A stretch of DNA of 64,000 nucleotides from Amoeboaphelidium protococcarum X5 (lineage: Eukaryota; Fungi; Aphelidiomycota): positions 124,001 through 188,000 of the forward strand of contig JALDTO010000158.1 in assembly GCA_023515725.1 (NCBI GenBank), read 5' to 3'. Below the pieces are notes generated by a model. It worked only from the letters and a program-made list of their open reading frames with translations, was not told the DNA's origin and searched no databases. Positions 1 to 14,104 of this stretch are shown piece by piece. Position 1 is the stretch's first letter; the number at the start of each line of letters is the position of its first letter. Made by a program: the position numbers and the translations under genes.

Positions 1-143
1 GACGACATTTTCGTTTGAAGATCTGAGTATGAATGATAGATTTAGTATAATCTATACGATGAGTAGTAAATACATGGTCATAGTGGTGACAGATGGGAAA
101 GAAGAATAGATTGATATTTAACAACAACAATTCGCAATTTTTA

Positions 144-722
144 TCACGTAAATCTAAATGCATCACTTTCTATTGTAGCCGTGTCTACTCCCAATGGCTT
201 AATAACGAATTTTTGGGTAAATAGACGCGTCACAGCAGTTTTAGGATCCCGGCCATAAGTAACACTCCCACTACAGGATACCATTACACTTTCAACGTTA
301 ATTTCCTTATCTACACACACATCATACATTCTCATTTTGCAATCAATATTCATAGAAATTGAGTTATTAAGATAATGTTAGTTACTTAACAAAGGCTGAG
401 CATCTATTGAGTCAATGTAGTGCCTTGTGGGAGGGAGATCTGTAAGATATTTCGAGAGTTCATTCGCACCAACGTTAATCACATTCCCATTATATACAAC
501 AGCACTTCCAGCATTGTAACTTGCCCTTATCAATTCCTACTAAAATTCGAGTATATCATCATTGAAAACAGTTTCTGAATATTACGGTCAAGGTGGATTA
601 ACAGTTACCTATCGATTATTTTAGTCTCCATCCTGAAGCGAGTAATATTCTTTTACAAACTTCTTTGCCAACGTACAGGCTTGCTTTGAATGTTCTTTCA
701 CTCTATCTGCAGCAGTGTTCAT
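144..722 (-). CDS. NXT1: NTF2-fold nuclear export factor (NXT1/p15-like), intron-containing
   Basis: MNTAADRVKEHSKQACTLAKKFVKEYYSLQD... to ...VSCSGSVTYG...LFTQKFVI...IESDAFRFT-TGA; NTF2-family pattern; GT-AG introns; TAR read as Gln. Confidence 0.7.
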
Positions 723-938
723 CTTCAATGTTCAGTTTGTGATAGAATAAACTGACTGACTGATTTACACTTGAGCTTAACGGTACTTGAAAGAGTAGAG
801 AAAAGCCTTAGGGAATAACGCGCGAAAATCCATCAGAAAGTTCAGTACTAGCATTATCACCAACACTAAACGATTGACGATAGATGGATAAATATGCGTA
901 TCAATTTAAGAAAATACAAATATATTGTTATGAGAATT

Positions 939-1316
939 TCACAGCAATTCTATGGTGCTTACGGTTACTATGTTGGAGTGGGTCTCAAACTATTAATCTT
1001 CTTGCAAGGCTCTTGAGCTATTATCCTGATCATCACCGTCCCCACCTTCTTCTTCTTCATAATGTTCAATCTCTTTGATCTTGTCAATGTACTCTTATAT
1101 CTATTCTTTTTTCATCTTGCGGATGGCTGCACGTTCCTCTTTAAGTATTAGTTCCTTCTTCTTCTCATACTTCTTCTACCGTTCCAGTTTACGCTTATGA
1201 AATCCTGTGAGATACTCTTTACGCGTCATTGGATCCCACTTCACTTCCTCCACAATTTTCTATTTCCTTCGTCCACCTTTAGATTTAAACTTTTGTTTCT
1301 AAACTTATTTCGGCAT
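939..1316 (-). CDS. RRP17: Nucleolar protein Rrp17/Nop25 (NOL12 family)
   Basis: 125-aa single-exon ORF with signature EVKWDPMTRKEYLTGFHKRKLER. Confidence 0.8.
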
Positions 1317-1465
1317 TATGATGATATGAGTATAGATTAGAGATTTTGATTAAATTATCCAGCCTTGAATCTCAATGGGTGAAAGATGTGATCGCGTGTT
1401 GATCAAGTGTTTTTGAAAAATTGAAAGTAAACAAAATAATAGATTAGATCATCACTTGACTTTTT

Positions 1466-2506
1466 ATGTCTTCACAACTGAATTCAATGTAAAAGCTACT
1501 TGAGAGTAAAAGATTGTCCGCGATACTTAGTGGAGATTTGATTTAGATTGAATCTAAATGCTTTAGACATTCATCATAAGCGAATGCTTTGGGATATCAA
1601 GTTCGTTTTGCGTAGTCACTGGCTAAGAAGTAGTAGTAGGCTTCATCTCCATCGCCTTAATCTGATACCTCTATTGCAAAGTATTCAAATTCAAATGATG
1701 AAGTGGCAAAATCTCCATTCATTCAAGCTTCACCGTAACTTGTTATCGACAACGATTTCACACAGAGCCACAGGGTGTTATTCAACAAGTTTGCCATTGT
1801 CCCTCATCATGTGCTAATTGTCACTAAAGGTAATGATTTGGAATTGATATGAATTATTTTATTTCCAATCTACCATGATTTTGTAGAGTTCCGCAATTAA
1901 CATTCTGGGATGGATAGAGACGATTTTGATGCCGTTATTAGATGGTACTAAAGCGCCCCCAATTCGTTGACTGTTGATGGTGAACAATACGACAATATAA
2001 GATGGCTGTGTTTTTATAACTGCGGTGTTTAAAGTGGCGCGTCTCAAGCTCATAGACATGTTCAGTTTCTACCTTTCTGCTGTGACGATAGAAATAACAT
2101 GAAGATGTTTAGTCGTGTTCCATTAGATGACTACCTGTCGCGTGTAGATAGTTCAAACGGACACTAAATTCCGATATTTACCGTGCTTGGAATAAGACAT
2201 TATTTCATTGCAAATTACTCTATTAATAATCTTTTTGACGAGTATTAACGCGCACTTGCATAATGCGGCTTAAATGAGGCTGGCAGTTCTTTTAATCTAT
2301 TGATGACTGATCGTTGGTTGTTGATTGTTGCAAGGCAAGCAGAGAGTGCAGAGATAAAAGGCTTTGAAGAGTCAATTTCCATAAACGCGCTTGGTTATGC
2401 TGGTCTACTTTTGACCAAGAATGAACGTGTATTTTAATTAATAAGTGATAAAAATAAAGGTATGGACAGATGTAATGATATTCTGAGATAATTGAGTACA
2501 TTATGA
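1466..2506 (+). CDS. APA2: Ap4A phosphorylase / ATP adenylyltransferase (Apa1/Apa2 family)
   Basis: Motifs LFNKFAIVPHHVLIVT, CFYNCGVQSGASQAHRHVQF, SINALGYAGLLL; one intron ~1830-1886. Confidence 0.85.
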
Positions 2507-2525
2507 TCAAGTTAGAGCCACCGTT

Positions 2526-2889
2526 TCACTTTCGTAAATTCTGTTTCAGCGTTTTGATTTGCTTCACCAGTTGCTGATAGAAATCATCTTTCATACAATC
2601 TTGCAATCTCAGCGTTTGCTAGCACTATGGACATTTTCCATGACGGTGTACTGCACTTGTCAGGCAACATCTACAATACATTATTGACATATGATAGTTT
2701 CACGTTAAGGACTTAACTTATCAAACCAACTTGCCTGCAAAACGTGTGAAAGCATAAAGTTGTAAACGCGTCTTCGTACAACTGACCACTACACAGAGAT
2801 TTAATTATGCTTTATGATCATTTTAAAATAAAATAAGCTTGCCATATTGGACATAAGAAGCAGCTTTGAAACTGTTTAAACTAATCCAT
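2526..2889 (-). CDS. Small C3HC4 RING-finger protein (two GC-AG introns)
   Basis: Spliced product MDQFKQFQSCFLCPICGQLYEDAFTTLCFHTFCRCCLTSAVHRHGKCPQCQQTL...; introns 2789-2842 and 2671-2734. Confidence 0.75.
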
Positions 2890-3126
2890 GATATAGATTT
2901 TGGCAATAAATTAAAGATTAATTATGAATGAGGGGATATCGCGTGAAACAAAATTTTAACGAATAAGAGAGTTATTGATTTCTGGTGCCCTGATTAACTA
3001 CTTGAAATATCAAGAATAGTTATCGTCGAATAAGCATCATTCAACTTTAGACGCGTCATACGTATCCACTTTCAAATATACTAAAAATAATTCAACTGAT
3101 GAGTAGAAAAGCTTTATAATTCTTAA

Positions 3127-3700
3127 TCATAATACTTTCTTCATCATGTAAGCATCTTCGCCGTCTGCGTAATACTTCTTCTCCACGTCGTTTACACTGA
3201 ATTTCAAAGTATCACGGTACAGGCTTAACGCGGCTCTATTGCTCTTACGAACGTGAAGCGACACATAATGAGCTCCAAAGCACTCTTTCATAGCTTTCTC
3301 TACACACATATGCACAAAGTTGCAACTAACATTAATAATCTCATGAACTAAAAATCGGTCATCACTTACAAGACTATGTCATCAATTTCTCGGCCAGTCC
3401 AAGTCTTCGATATGTCCTCATCACGGCGAGAGATGTAATATGCCCATGCGGTTCCTCACCAGGCTCATCCTCCATCTTGGCCAAGACGTAGCCCACAACT
3501 CTATCTTTATCATCAACAGCCACGTATGAAAGCTGAGGCCAGGATAATGCGTGGTAAAAATAATACTTCATCTAGTAGTTTTCTGGGAGATTGCTCAGAT
3601 TGCAATTTTATATTGCCATGAGATCATTAATCTACAAAATATTAATAAATCTGGGGATTCCACAATATGATGATATTACCGTTGCCTATCTAATATCCAT
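3127..3700 (-). CDS. NAA10: N-terminal acetyltransferase A catalytic subunit Ard1/Naa10
   Basis: [66 protein letters not shown]; two introns. Confidence 0.95.
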
Positions 3701-3832
3701 TATACTTGCACTAAAATTGATCTTGTGTGGTTTGTGGCAAAGAGTGAACTAAAATTGAGCAGTACGACGACAGATAATAGAGAAGAAAGAGGGTCAAGTA
3801 AGAGAGAAAGCACAAAGGAGGACAAAAATATT

Positions 3833-4621
3833 TCACTATGACAACTCTTTCGACTTTGCCTCTATCAATTTGTCAATGGTCTAGTTGTTGGGATCTATAA
3901 CTTTCTAGAACGCATTCTCCACCCGCTTAAGATCATTTGTAGTCAAGCTGGAATCTCTCTTCATAGCTTTACGCGCGTCTTACCGGATGGATCTCAAAAT
4001 GTTTCGATACTGTTCGGCCGTCTGATTGAGAGATTTGATCAGAGCTTTCCTCTACTCGCCGCTCATTCTACATTGTGATGACACGTATTGGGCATTAGAT
4101 ATAAGATGCAATACATATATAACTACAAGCTTACTTCGGAATTGGCACCTTTACGACGGTATCGCTTAGAACTTGAGGATTCAAGTTTAAATTAGCTTCC
4201 CGGATAGCTTTATCAATTGCAATGGAGTACTGTTTAGTTGGAGCAATCACGTTCAAAGTTTGTGGATCTTTCACTGCAATTTACGCGATACTAACAAGGT
4301 TCTACAATCTTCCATCAACCGGGACTTTAATCTTGTCAATGATATCTACAAATTATTGAATTTGCTTTCTATGTTTCTTTCACATAGTAAATACTTACTT
4401 GGATTGGCACGACCGACTCTTATCCTCATCAAATCGTCACGAAGTTTAGATATCGCATTGGTGACCTTAGTATCATAGACACTTTGATCATATTAAGGTC
4501 CAGCGGTAGTGGCATCTTATATCTTGGGCGCATTTTTCTACTTCTTTGCATAGCACCGTAACGTAGATACGTTATAGAGCTAGAATTTCGATGTAAATGG
4601 AACGCGTAATGATCTGATCAT
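3833..4621 (-). CDS. RRF1: Mitochondrial ribosome recycling factor
   Basis: Basic presequence-like N-terminus, then LRDDLMRIRVGRANP and RRF-like C-terminal helices; two introns; ends TAG TGA. Confidence 0.8.
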
Positions 4622-4664
4622 TTTGTTCTTCGCTGATGATAAAAAGGCTGCGATCGATAAAATG

Positions 4665-5655
4665 TCAAGTATATTGCGTATCACGAACTTTCACCACCTA
4701 TTTGTGATTTATCTGTGATTTATTGACTTGAATCTACTGATGTTTGACTGATGTTTTGGCATGAGAATTATTGTCTGTCGATTTATTGGCCAAGACTCGT
4801 TATGACCTTGCTAGAGCTTATTTCCCGGCTGTTAAAACTTACTACACGCGAACTTTTCGCGCTTACTTGTTGTGCTTCTCTATCAGTTACATGATCTACT
4901 AATCAGTTGGTGCCTTTTATGGCATCTTACAGCTGAACATTTTCTTATTCACCTTGTGAGTGGTGTTCGCAATGTTTCCATGATTTCTATTTCTAACAGT
5001 TATAGAGTTTGAAATTTATGATCTTTCGCGTTTCTCATCTAATGGACTCACATTCTTAGTTTTCATTGACAGTTTAGGTATTGCCAGTGATTTATTCTTC
5101 TCTTGCAAGCCAGGTCGCGTAATGAGAGCAGTAGACACGGCTGCCGTTCTCTAATTAGATGACGAAACAGAGGATTATGACAATATTGAGTGCACTTCAG
5201 CTATCTTACCATCAACTGCATGATCACCGTCTTTATCATTCAATGTTAATTCTTCAGCAAAGGAGGCAGCGAATTGAGATAGATATTGATTTTCAGAATC
5301 CTCATATTCATTATCTTCATTATCAGAGTCAGACCGGAGAAGATTCACTGGCTCTGGCTAGATCTCCCTTTCATGCTCCGGATGCTCGCGCTAAAACCAG
5401 TCTTCATCTTCCTTGTTCTATCTACCTTATTTAATTGTGAGTCTTAGATTAAGATAACTTAATTCAAATTTACTATGAAAGATATAATGTAATAGCGTCG
5501 TATCCACCGTTTTCAATCAATAATCGCAATTCATTGAAATTGAAGTATTATGGTGCGTCGAACTCAAAGTCCTCATCGTATATAAGGCGGTCGGACTGCG
5601 ACTCCTCATACCCGCTTATAACAGATATCTCCTCCAAGGGAGAGTCTTGAAACAT
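4665..5655 (-). CDS. Protein with TPX2-like N-terminal Aurora-binding motif
   Basis: MFQDSPLEE...YDEDFEFDAPQYFNF...EDEDWFQREHPEHE, followed by an acidic then basic low-complexity region; one ~52-nt intron. Confidence 0.6.
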
Positions 5656-5986
5656 GATATAACTCGCAGAGTGCCTACTTAAGAAGTTCTCTTTGTGTTA
5701 CAGTACCAGACCAGGATGAAACTGTTGAAACAAAGACTCGCATTTGTTTCAAAGGCTGAATCTGGCGAACATAACAGAAAGTCAAAAATGGTACGGGGTT
5801 TCAAAATATACACAGAACTCGACCATGAAGACGCGTAATTATCGATGCGCAGAGGTGGTCCCTATCAAAATGACAAAATTAGTGATTTCATCGCAAGAGT
5901 GTACCATCGAATTCATTGAACCAAGATCTGTAAAAAAAGCCTCTTATTATACAGTAGATCGAGTCGTCAAATACCACGTTCTACGT

Positions 5987-6995
5987 TCAATTATTAGCAA
6001 TTTATCTTCTGATAAAAGTGGAACTGATCTCAAATCTTTGATTATCACCTTCCGTCCTAGAGTCCTCTAGCCTACTAACAGCGAAAATATTTAATGGCCC
6101 ATATCCAGCTTCGGCCCTCTTTTCATTCACTACATGAATAAAGGCATAAGATTGTTCGTCATTTTAAAACATCACGAATACCTTTAAATCCACCAGCAAG
6201 AGTCTCAGTAGAGACAACAAGCGCGTCAATTGAAGGAGCGTTTACAGTTGGACCGTAAGGATCATGGATTGGCAAGACTCGTACAGATAAAAGAGGTGGA
6301 GCAATAATATCCAAGTAATCTTTGACAGATTAGATTCGCTACTCAAGCGATTAAAGAACTTATTTAAACTTTTTGTTAGCTACCATAGACTCATCCGAGA
6401 TCCCGACAGTTACTTGTTCATCGCTGAGCCAGCAAGCCATACTCAGCAGAATGTAATGTCCAGCGTGTAAATGGTCAAACGTACCACCCAATGCAACGTG
6501 TCGAATACGCAAATTTTTATGATCCGATGTTTAACTAAGTCCATTCATATCATTAGGTGGTATATTGGAAATAAGCTTGCATTAAGCTTCTTATACTCGA
6601 ACCACATCACAGTCCAATGGAACGTATTCTTGGCCATTAGTCAGCACTGATTATACTTGGAATCTCTGTTACAACCTTTGCAAATATTACTCCATGGAGC
6701 AATGCTTATTAGGAAGTAAAAGACAGAAATATATATTATGATTTAATCCAAAATTCTGATATATCCATTTACAGCAATTAAAGTATACCCGGCCTATAAA
6801 TTACTAAACACGGTCAAAGTTGACCGCAGGATGCTACGCCATCTCCTCCATTAACTTGACGTCCAGGTAGACATAAATCTTCTATTGATACTATTACACG
6901 CAGTGACAAATGAGACTGCAAAGTTTTAACAATGTATCTTCTGATAGATCATCATAAGAAGCTACAAGATAATAAATCTTTTACTTGCCAGCCAT
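5987..6995 (-). CDS. CAB4: Phosphopantetheine adenylyltransferase (Cab4-like)
   Basis: HVALGGTFDHLHAGH, PIHDPYGPT, IDALVVSTETLAGG, ISSTFIR; one intron ~6131-6182. Confidence 0.88.
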
Positions 6996-7097
6996 TTAAT
7001 CGAACTGTGCGTATAATTTTGTAATAAAGAACGCAGTAACAAAAGAAGAGTAAAAATCAAATCAATCAACAGTCTAATACAAAAGCTTCATTATACA

Positions 7098-9836
7098 TCA
7101 TTATTACTCAAAAGTATTGCCAGTGGATAAATTCTCTCTACTTTTATTCGATGCAGAGTTGATGGATGAAAATCTGATATTACTAATCCTCTTGCCTAGC
7201 CTCGATATCAAGTTATCATCCTTCCCTATCTTGCCAGAGCCACCAATATTGTTCGCTTCCTCCTCCTCGACAAGAGGCTACAGGGCCGCCTTTAACTTTG
7301 TGAAATTCTCATACACGCCGGTGATATTCTCTTGAGGCAGGGATGGAACTATAGAGTCCAGATCCGAGTCAATTCGTCCAATGGAACGCGACAAGTACAG
7401 CAGCATATGATCATCAGCCTCTACTCTCTTCTGCGATCCATCCGGGAGAAATAGACCAGTAGGTCTCTAGTTCACCGTATTAGATCTTTACCTAGGCATT
7501 TCCACAGTGAGAGACTGTATGAACTGCTTGACTTCACCTTTATGCGACTCTAAGAAAGTTGTGATAGATTACATATTAGGCTCTTTCAATTTAAAGTCGG
7601 CATCACTACAAAAACCATTCAGGATCTTTCCCACTTGGATGAGGCCCTTTCTTGCAACGGGTGTCATCTTCCATTTCAGTATATTGTACGTATCAGGAGC
7701 AGTAATGGCTGGTACAAAGAATCTTAAAAAGATCAATGTACCAATTACTCTTTCAGATCCGGACAGATAAAAATCATCAGCCTATGGAACATTCTGACTT
7801 ACTTCCTACTGAGGAGACGCCTGGGTATTATCAATTGATATAGTCGGAAGTTGAGCTACAGTCTCTGACACAACTGGTTAAGTTTCTTATACGGCAGTGT
7901 GATAGATAGTCTGTGGTAATTGTTACTCACTTAATGTTGGTTAAGAGGTAGCAGTAGCAGTAGTAGTGACCTCTCCAATTGATGCCAAAATTCCAGGTTC
8001 TTGATGACTGATAGACGACTCTGTTAAGGCGGGCATGGCAGCATTAGACTCTTAAAGTTTCTAATGTAAATCTCCATTGCTGCCATTCTAAGACTTCAAC
8101 TTCCTCTGAGACATCTTGTATTTCAAAGTTGCCATATTAGGTGCAGAGTTGCTTCCAGCCGCCGGTCCATTGAGTTACCCGATACTATCATCAGACTGGG
8201 CACTGATGTTGCGAGTCTTTTTACGAACCACCACTGCATTCTGTCTAGATAACCTACGGCCTAAATTAGTTTAAGTAGTCACAGTCTGTTATAAATTCAG
8301 ATTGTCTTTCGATTGCGATAGATCTTGAGATGATCCAGAGTCTAGATTAGTAACACTTTAATTGTTCACCTATGAAGGACTGACACTTCTAAAAAGACTC
8401 AACTCTGAGGTTACAGCATCTGCATGTTTATACAATTTGCCAGTCTAGTCACCAACTACCACAGTCGTGTCGTGATTAACAGAGTCTACACTAATATTCT
8501 AATGAAGATCTGTAGATCTAGTAGGATGTACAGCTTTCACGGACTGAACTTCTGGGACACTATTCTCTGCAGCAGGACGAGGAACATCTGGCAACTGCTT
8601 CGTAATTGGAGGTAATATCTTGTCTGTAACATCAACTAATTTGCTGTTTGGACGTGAATTCTAATTAACTTCTTCAGTTTTTACGACAGTGCTTACACGG
8701 TTACTTCCTGGCTGACTATCACTCTTATCGTCACTAAAGGGACCACTACCACTACCAGTACTAGGCAGAGCACTCTAATGTTTCCTAGACTTGAGTTTAG
8801 TCGAATTTCTACTAGAAGCGGGAGAATCGCCACCAGTAGAAGATTAATCCTAACTTAAACTCATCCTCGACGACTTGGTGAACATATTCTGCAAATTAGA
8901 TGAATTCTGCCTACTACCACCAGACTAAGCTTTGCCCATGAGCATACTAGACAACTTCTTTCCAAAGGTGTTAATCTTGGACTTTACAGTGCCGCCATTA
9001 CCTACATTAAGAGTCGAGACGGCTATGGATGCTTTACTTCCACTATTATTAGTGCTATAGAGTTCTTTCTACACTTTGAGATTACTGACACCATCTTCAT
9101 CTTCGGCAGTCTCTTTAAGAGATTCCAGAGGCTTTGGAGGAGGATGAGTCTCAAAATATTCAATCTCATTTCTGAGATAATTACACAACTTTCTAAACTC
9201 TTTAGGCATCTTATCTTTACTCTTGAGAATGGCTTAGAGAAATAGCTCACAGCACTTAATAATATTCTCTTCAGAACACATTCGTAGCTATACGACATTT
9301 CCATCCTCATCCTGACTCTCTACAGGCTCACAAATCAGCTAACCCACCTGGTCCATGGGGCTCTGGAGTACATTCTTCAAATACTAGTGTCCGAAAGATT
9401 TAGTATACGATGTGAGAATCATTGTTGACATGTAATTATCCCTGAGCAAGTCAGCCATCCTCCGTCCTTTGCTAACATAAATGTAAGTCTTTGTTCGCAA
9501 CACTCTCCGCACAAATCTATCAGAAGTGTCCTCATCAATCTACTTTAGAAGAGATATAACAGAATTAGACAGAGCCACCGCAGCATCTCCCACAAATGTA
9601 CATAGACACAGTGCGGCAAGCAAATTCAGATTACTATTCAGCAAAGCTTAGGCCACCTTGACTTTAATATCTTGAGTTTTATCCACAACAGTATTAACAC
9701 CTTCCTGACTAGAGAATATCGACTTGACATTTCCAAGATGGCTACTATTGTCAATCATACTACTCGGCCTACTGCCTTGTATGGTGGCAAATGACGATGT
9801 CTTGCTTTTATAATTTAGTGCAGTTGCTGAGCTCAT
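7098..9836 (-). CDS. RasGAP-domain protein with a large internal low-complexity insertion
   Basis: LLRDNYMST (Arg-finger region), MPKEFRKLCNYLR, then ~460 aa S/Q/N-rich insert, then IFLRFFVPAITAP...GLIQVGKILNG. Confidence 0.75.
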
Positions 9837-10536
9837 AGACTCTTTATAAATATACTTTAGATTACGCTAATCTCTAATACTATTTGATCAGATACTCAAA
9901 ATGATACAACTATATCCCGCTTGATGCAAATGACAACTAGAAATACCCTGCTAAATCAATTAGAAATAGAAGCAGTAATTAATATCAAACAAGCCAAACT
10001 ATGTCCACAGTACGTAACAAGAGAGCAATCCACAATAATTCAATGGCGATAAGAGGAAACAATTCTTCAGCTTAGCTTTCAATCTGCTTCAGAGTTCCTT
10101 TCCAGTCAAAATAACGATTCAAAGAGCGAACGGTGTTGCCTGCGAGCAAAGAATGAAACATGGGCGCCTTTGCTTCCGTTGTTAGGCAACTCAAAATGTT
10201 TCAACTTTCATCCCTTCATAAGGTCTCATACCTATATTGTCGCTGTGCGGTAGGTTTTATAAGATCATTTTCCAATTCATATACTTTCTGAATGCAGCAA
10301 TAATTTGGACAAATTGAATTGCGATGGTTTGTGATCCTGTCATGAGATCATTTTACGCGCGCTCTTTGATGGCAGCTACTGTATACCTGGCGATGCTGAA
10401 TCTCGAATATCTTTGTGGTGATCTTTACTCGGGAAAATTAGTACGAGTTTTCATGTGTGATACAACTTGTATGACTGAGGATTAAAAAAAATTCGAGTAT
10501 TAGATATAATTGATATTCCAACCCGCACAATTATTC

Positions 10537-12633
10537 TCAAACTGTGGACACAATCTCGTTGGCCTTTTCAAGAGCAGCAATCATCTTCTTCACCTCCTAC
10601 CGACGCTGCTACACAAACTCACTCTCCTTCATGGACTCTTCCACCAGCTCACGCTTAGAGTAAATCTCAGTCAAGAGCTCACGCTGCAAATCCTCCTTGG
10701 ACTTCATCACCAGATTCAACATGATCGCCTTTGGTACAATGTCAGACACGGTTCTCTTCACCACGTTGTAATAGGAGGCGATCAATAACTTGATCACTTC
10801 AGTCTCCATTATTTCGCGATCAGAAGAGTTACCAGAAGCTTTCAACACAGGAGGTGGTGGCTCCAACTGGCCAGATTTCTTGGACTTTGATGACTTATTA
10901 GCGAAAAAGCTAGAGAAGAAACCATCATCCTTCTACTGAGTCTATGCAAACAGGTCGTTATTACTATCATGCTTTGGATTAGAAGACCCAGAGCTACCAC
11001 CATACCCGCCTTTACCTCCTTTTCCAGCTGGTGACTATTCATTAGGAGTGGCTGGTTTCGGATTCATACGCTCATTGACCAGAGCCATAGCCTTGTGACC
11101 ACTAATAAAGTCCGGATGAGCAGTGTTAATGTAACAAGACTCGGCCATGATCATATCGGAAACCAACTTATTCGTAGGATTAATACACTTTTTGAAATAG
11201 GTGATCACAATCTAGTTGAATCTATCGCGAAGGTTCGGAAATCTTCTAAACACTGGCTTCTACAACAGCTGGCCTAAAATACGCACCAGCTCATCATAAA
11301 CCATGTTGACACACTTCAGACTTGGATCTTCCAGACGCTTAATCTACTGCTTCACAATAACCTCAAATGCAGTGGTACCAACAAACAGAGCCGGTGCACT
11401 ACCAGAAGAGTTGTACATAATCGTCCTGATATCCATATCCTTCACATTCTCGAATGGATCGAAGCTCTTAATGGCATTAGCGAATATCTCATGCAAGACA
11501 AAGGAGATGCGCGCACCACCGCTCAACTCATTAGCACTCAATTCATTAGCATTACCATCCAAAAGAGTGCGAAACTCATTGCAAAACTCAGTAATGATAT
11601 TCAAAATCTGACCAGAGCTGTTACCTTCCTCCAAAGGATCGCCGAGCTGAGCCAACTCGGTCTAATACTTGACTAGGCCTGACGATATCTTGGCCTTAAT
11701 CTCAGGTAGACAATTACGAATGTGCACCATGAGGATGAGATTCAGCTTCCTAGCCAAGAAGGGAGTACCACAATACTGCGCCTTACTAGAATAAGCTTGA
11801 TGAGATTCAAAAAACTTCTTCTCTGCATCTAACGCAGCATTGATAGACTTCTTATTCTCAATATCACGCTATCCTCGATTGACAACAGGAACATAACCCA
11901 AGCGCAAGGGAATGATCTTACCAGTCAGAATATCAACGACATCAGTGCCGCTATCCATCAAATCAACCTTGGTCAGAACACCAACAGTACGCACACCTTC
12001 AGGATCCACCTCACGAGCAAGCTTTAATCCATCCGAATTAGCAAGATCGGTATTGGCCGCAGTCACAGCCAAAATGATAGCATTAGACTTGCCAATAAAT
12101 TTCATAATCATATCTCTAATCTAATTCTCAATATCCTTTGGCTAATCTCCGACAGGAACTTTGGTCAAACCCGGTAAATCGACAAGAGTCAAAGTGAGCA
12201 CCTTTGGGGAGTAAACTCTCAAATTGATAGGCAGAGGAGATATACCAGCATTCTTACCAGTCTTTAGTTCAGTATCACGAACAATCTCATCTCTAATCTC
12301 ACTAAAGTTGAAGAACTTTTTGCCAGGCTGATGCAGAAACTCTCCCCACTCCTCGCCTTCTTAACCACTATCCCCGTCCTTACCATCGCCGCCATCCTTC
12401 TAATTTCCGGGAACATTAATCAACTGCAAAATCAAAGGCCTCCTAGTAACAATACCAGTACCTCTAGGCAAGAAATCTCTGCCCACAATATTCTCCAGCA
12501 CAGAACTCTTACCACTACTCTGACTACCAATAACCACAATCTGCGGTAGATCAATAGGATTAGAACTTCCAGTGGCAGAGAATGCATCCTGCAACTTGTT
12601 CACCTTCTTGATTAAATCATCCATAGACGCCAT
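10537..12633 (-). CDS. VPS1: Dynamin-like GTPase Vps1
   Basis: [41 protein letters not shown] domain; apparently intronless. Confidence 0.93.
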
Positions 12634-13177
12634 ATTCAAACTCTAAAATATTACTATGCTTTACTTGCAGGATTAGAGATAAGTATAAAGTCAAGAAAAT
12701 GTTCACTAGGATTGATTTGATTGAAAGGAAAGAAGAAAGGCGAAGGGAGAACGGAGAGATGGCGGACGGAGAAACGACAGAGAGAACAAAAGACAAAGAC
12801 AAAGACAGACATGAGAAAGAAAGAGAGAGAACATGAGATTGCGAATGAGTGAAAGCTGTGAGAGTTGATGCGACTTTCAAGTGCTTGATTAGATTCTGAA
12901 TAAATTAAGTTGATGGAAAACAACAATCCTAATGTGAATATTACAACAAAACATTTAAGCAAAAAAAAATTACATATAAGTAGAGTTCGCAGTTTAATCA
13001 TAGTGATCTTGCCAACCTCGCCGTGAAAATTCTCGGGCGCCTGACAACACAACACGCCGAATCTCTTCCCTTCTCCTCAATAGTTTCGATTCAATTGAAA
13101 ATTATAATTTTATTGCAAGAATTATATTAGTTATCGCATCAATTTAAAGTGTGTTATATTAATTCTATTTGCAAGAG

Positions 13178-13912
13178 ATGGATAGGAAATTGAGCGAGGT
13201 TTAATTTGTACTGTCCAGCAGTGATTATTACGATATTCTGGGACTAGATAAGGGGGCCACTAATGACGAGATCAGGAAGGCGTATTTGAAAAAGTCTCGG
13301 TGGATACATCCGGATAAGAATTAGAATTCTGGTGCAAAAGATGCTTTTCTTAAATTGAATAAAGCGTATGATATACTGAAAAATCCCCGATCTAGGCGGC
13401 ATTATGACTTGTATGGATTATAGGAATCGTCGTCGTCGAATCAGTCCGGTTTCGGTGGAATTGATGACACTTGGAAGGCTTGTATCAGTGAAGTATTTCA
13501 CGAATTTATGAATTAGAATTATGAGCCTGTGATGGCTGTACTGGATGTTTTGCATAGATAGAATCCCGAACTGTCTATCGATAAAGACTCTGTTCATAAA
13601 CTGCTTGGTGCCACTCGCGATCTCGTTGCAATGGGGAAAATAAAATGGGAGCTCATATAGCCAGAGTTAAAGGAGTTATCCGCGATGAAGTCTGTGAAAG
13701 AATTGTCACTATTCGATGTCATTGGACGGTTAAAGTTTAGTCTACGATCAACTAGAATCATGCTGATCATTCTGAAGAAGGGCGTATTCGACGATATGGA
13801 TGGCGATTTTGGTGATCATATACGCGATTATTTAGAGTCTATTATTGTGCTTGTGGAGGGTGCCACCTCGAAATTGGATCTAACATCGATGTGGTTCAGT
13901 TCATGGTTTTGA
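13178..13912 (+). CDS. DnaJ-domain protein
   Basis: DYYDILGL...[17 protein letters not shown]...[18 protein letters not shown]. Confidence 0.85.
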
Positions 13913-14104
13913 TATTTATACATATACATGGACCCTATTGTATATGCTGTATACTTTGACCATTTACAATTTGTGCTCATAATTGCTTTCTGATGATTTT
14001 ATAGATATTATATTGGCCATTTTTGTTTTTCTTATCAAGGTCTTTTGTATCCATAATCTTATTTAATTATATTTGTTAGAGACTGTTAATTAGAAATCTT
14101 TAGA

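Noticed and set aside
12654-13055. 133-aa and 87-aa hydrophobic ORFs upstream of VPS1
   Set aside because: They translate a purine/pyrimidine-skewed promoter or UTR with AAAGAC repeats.
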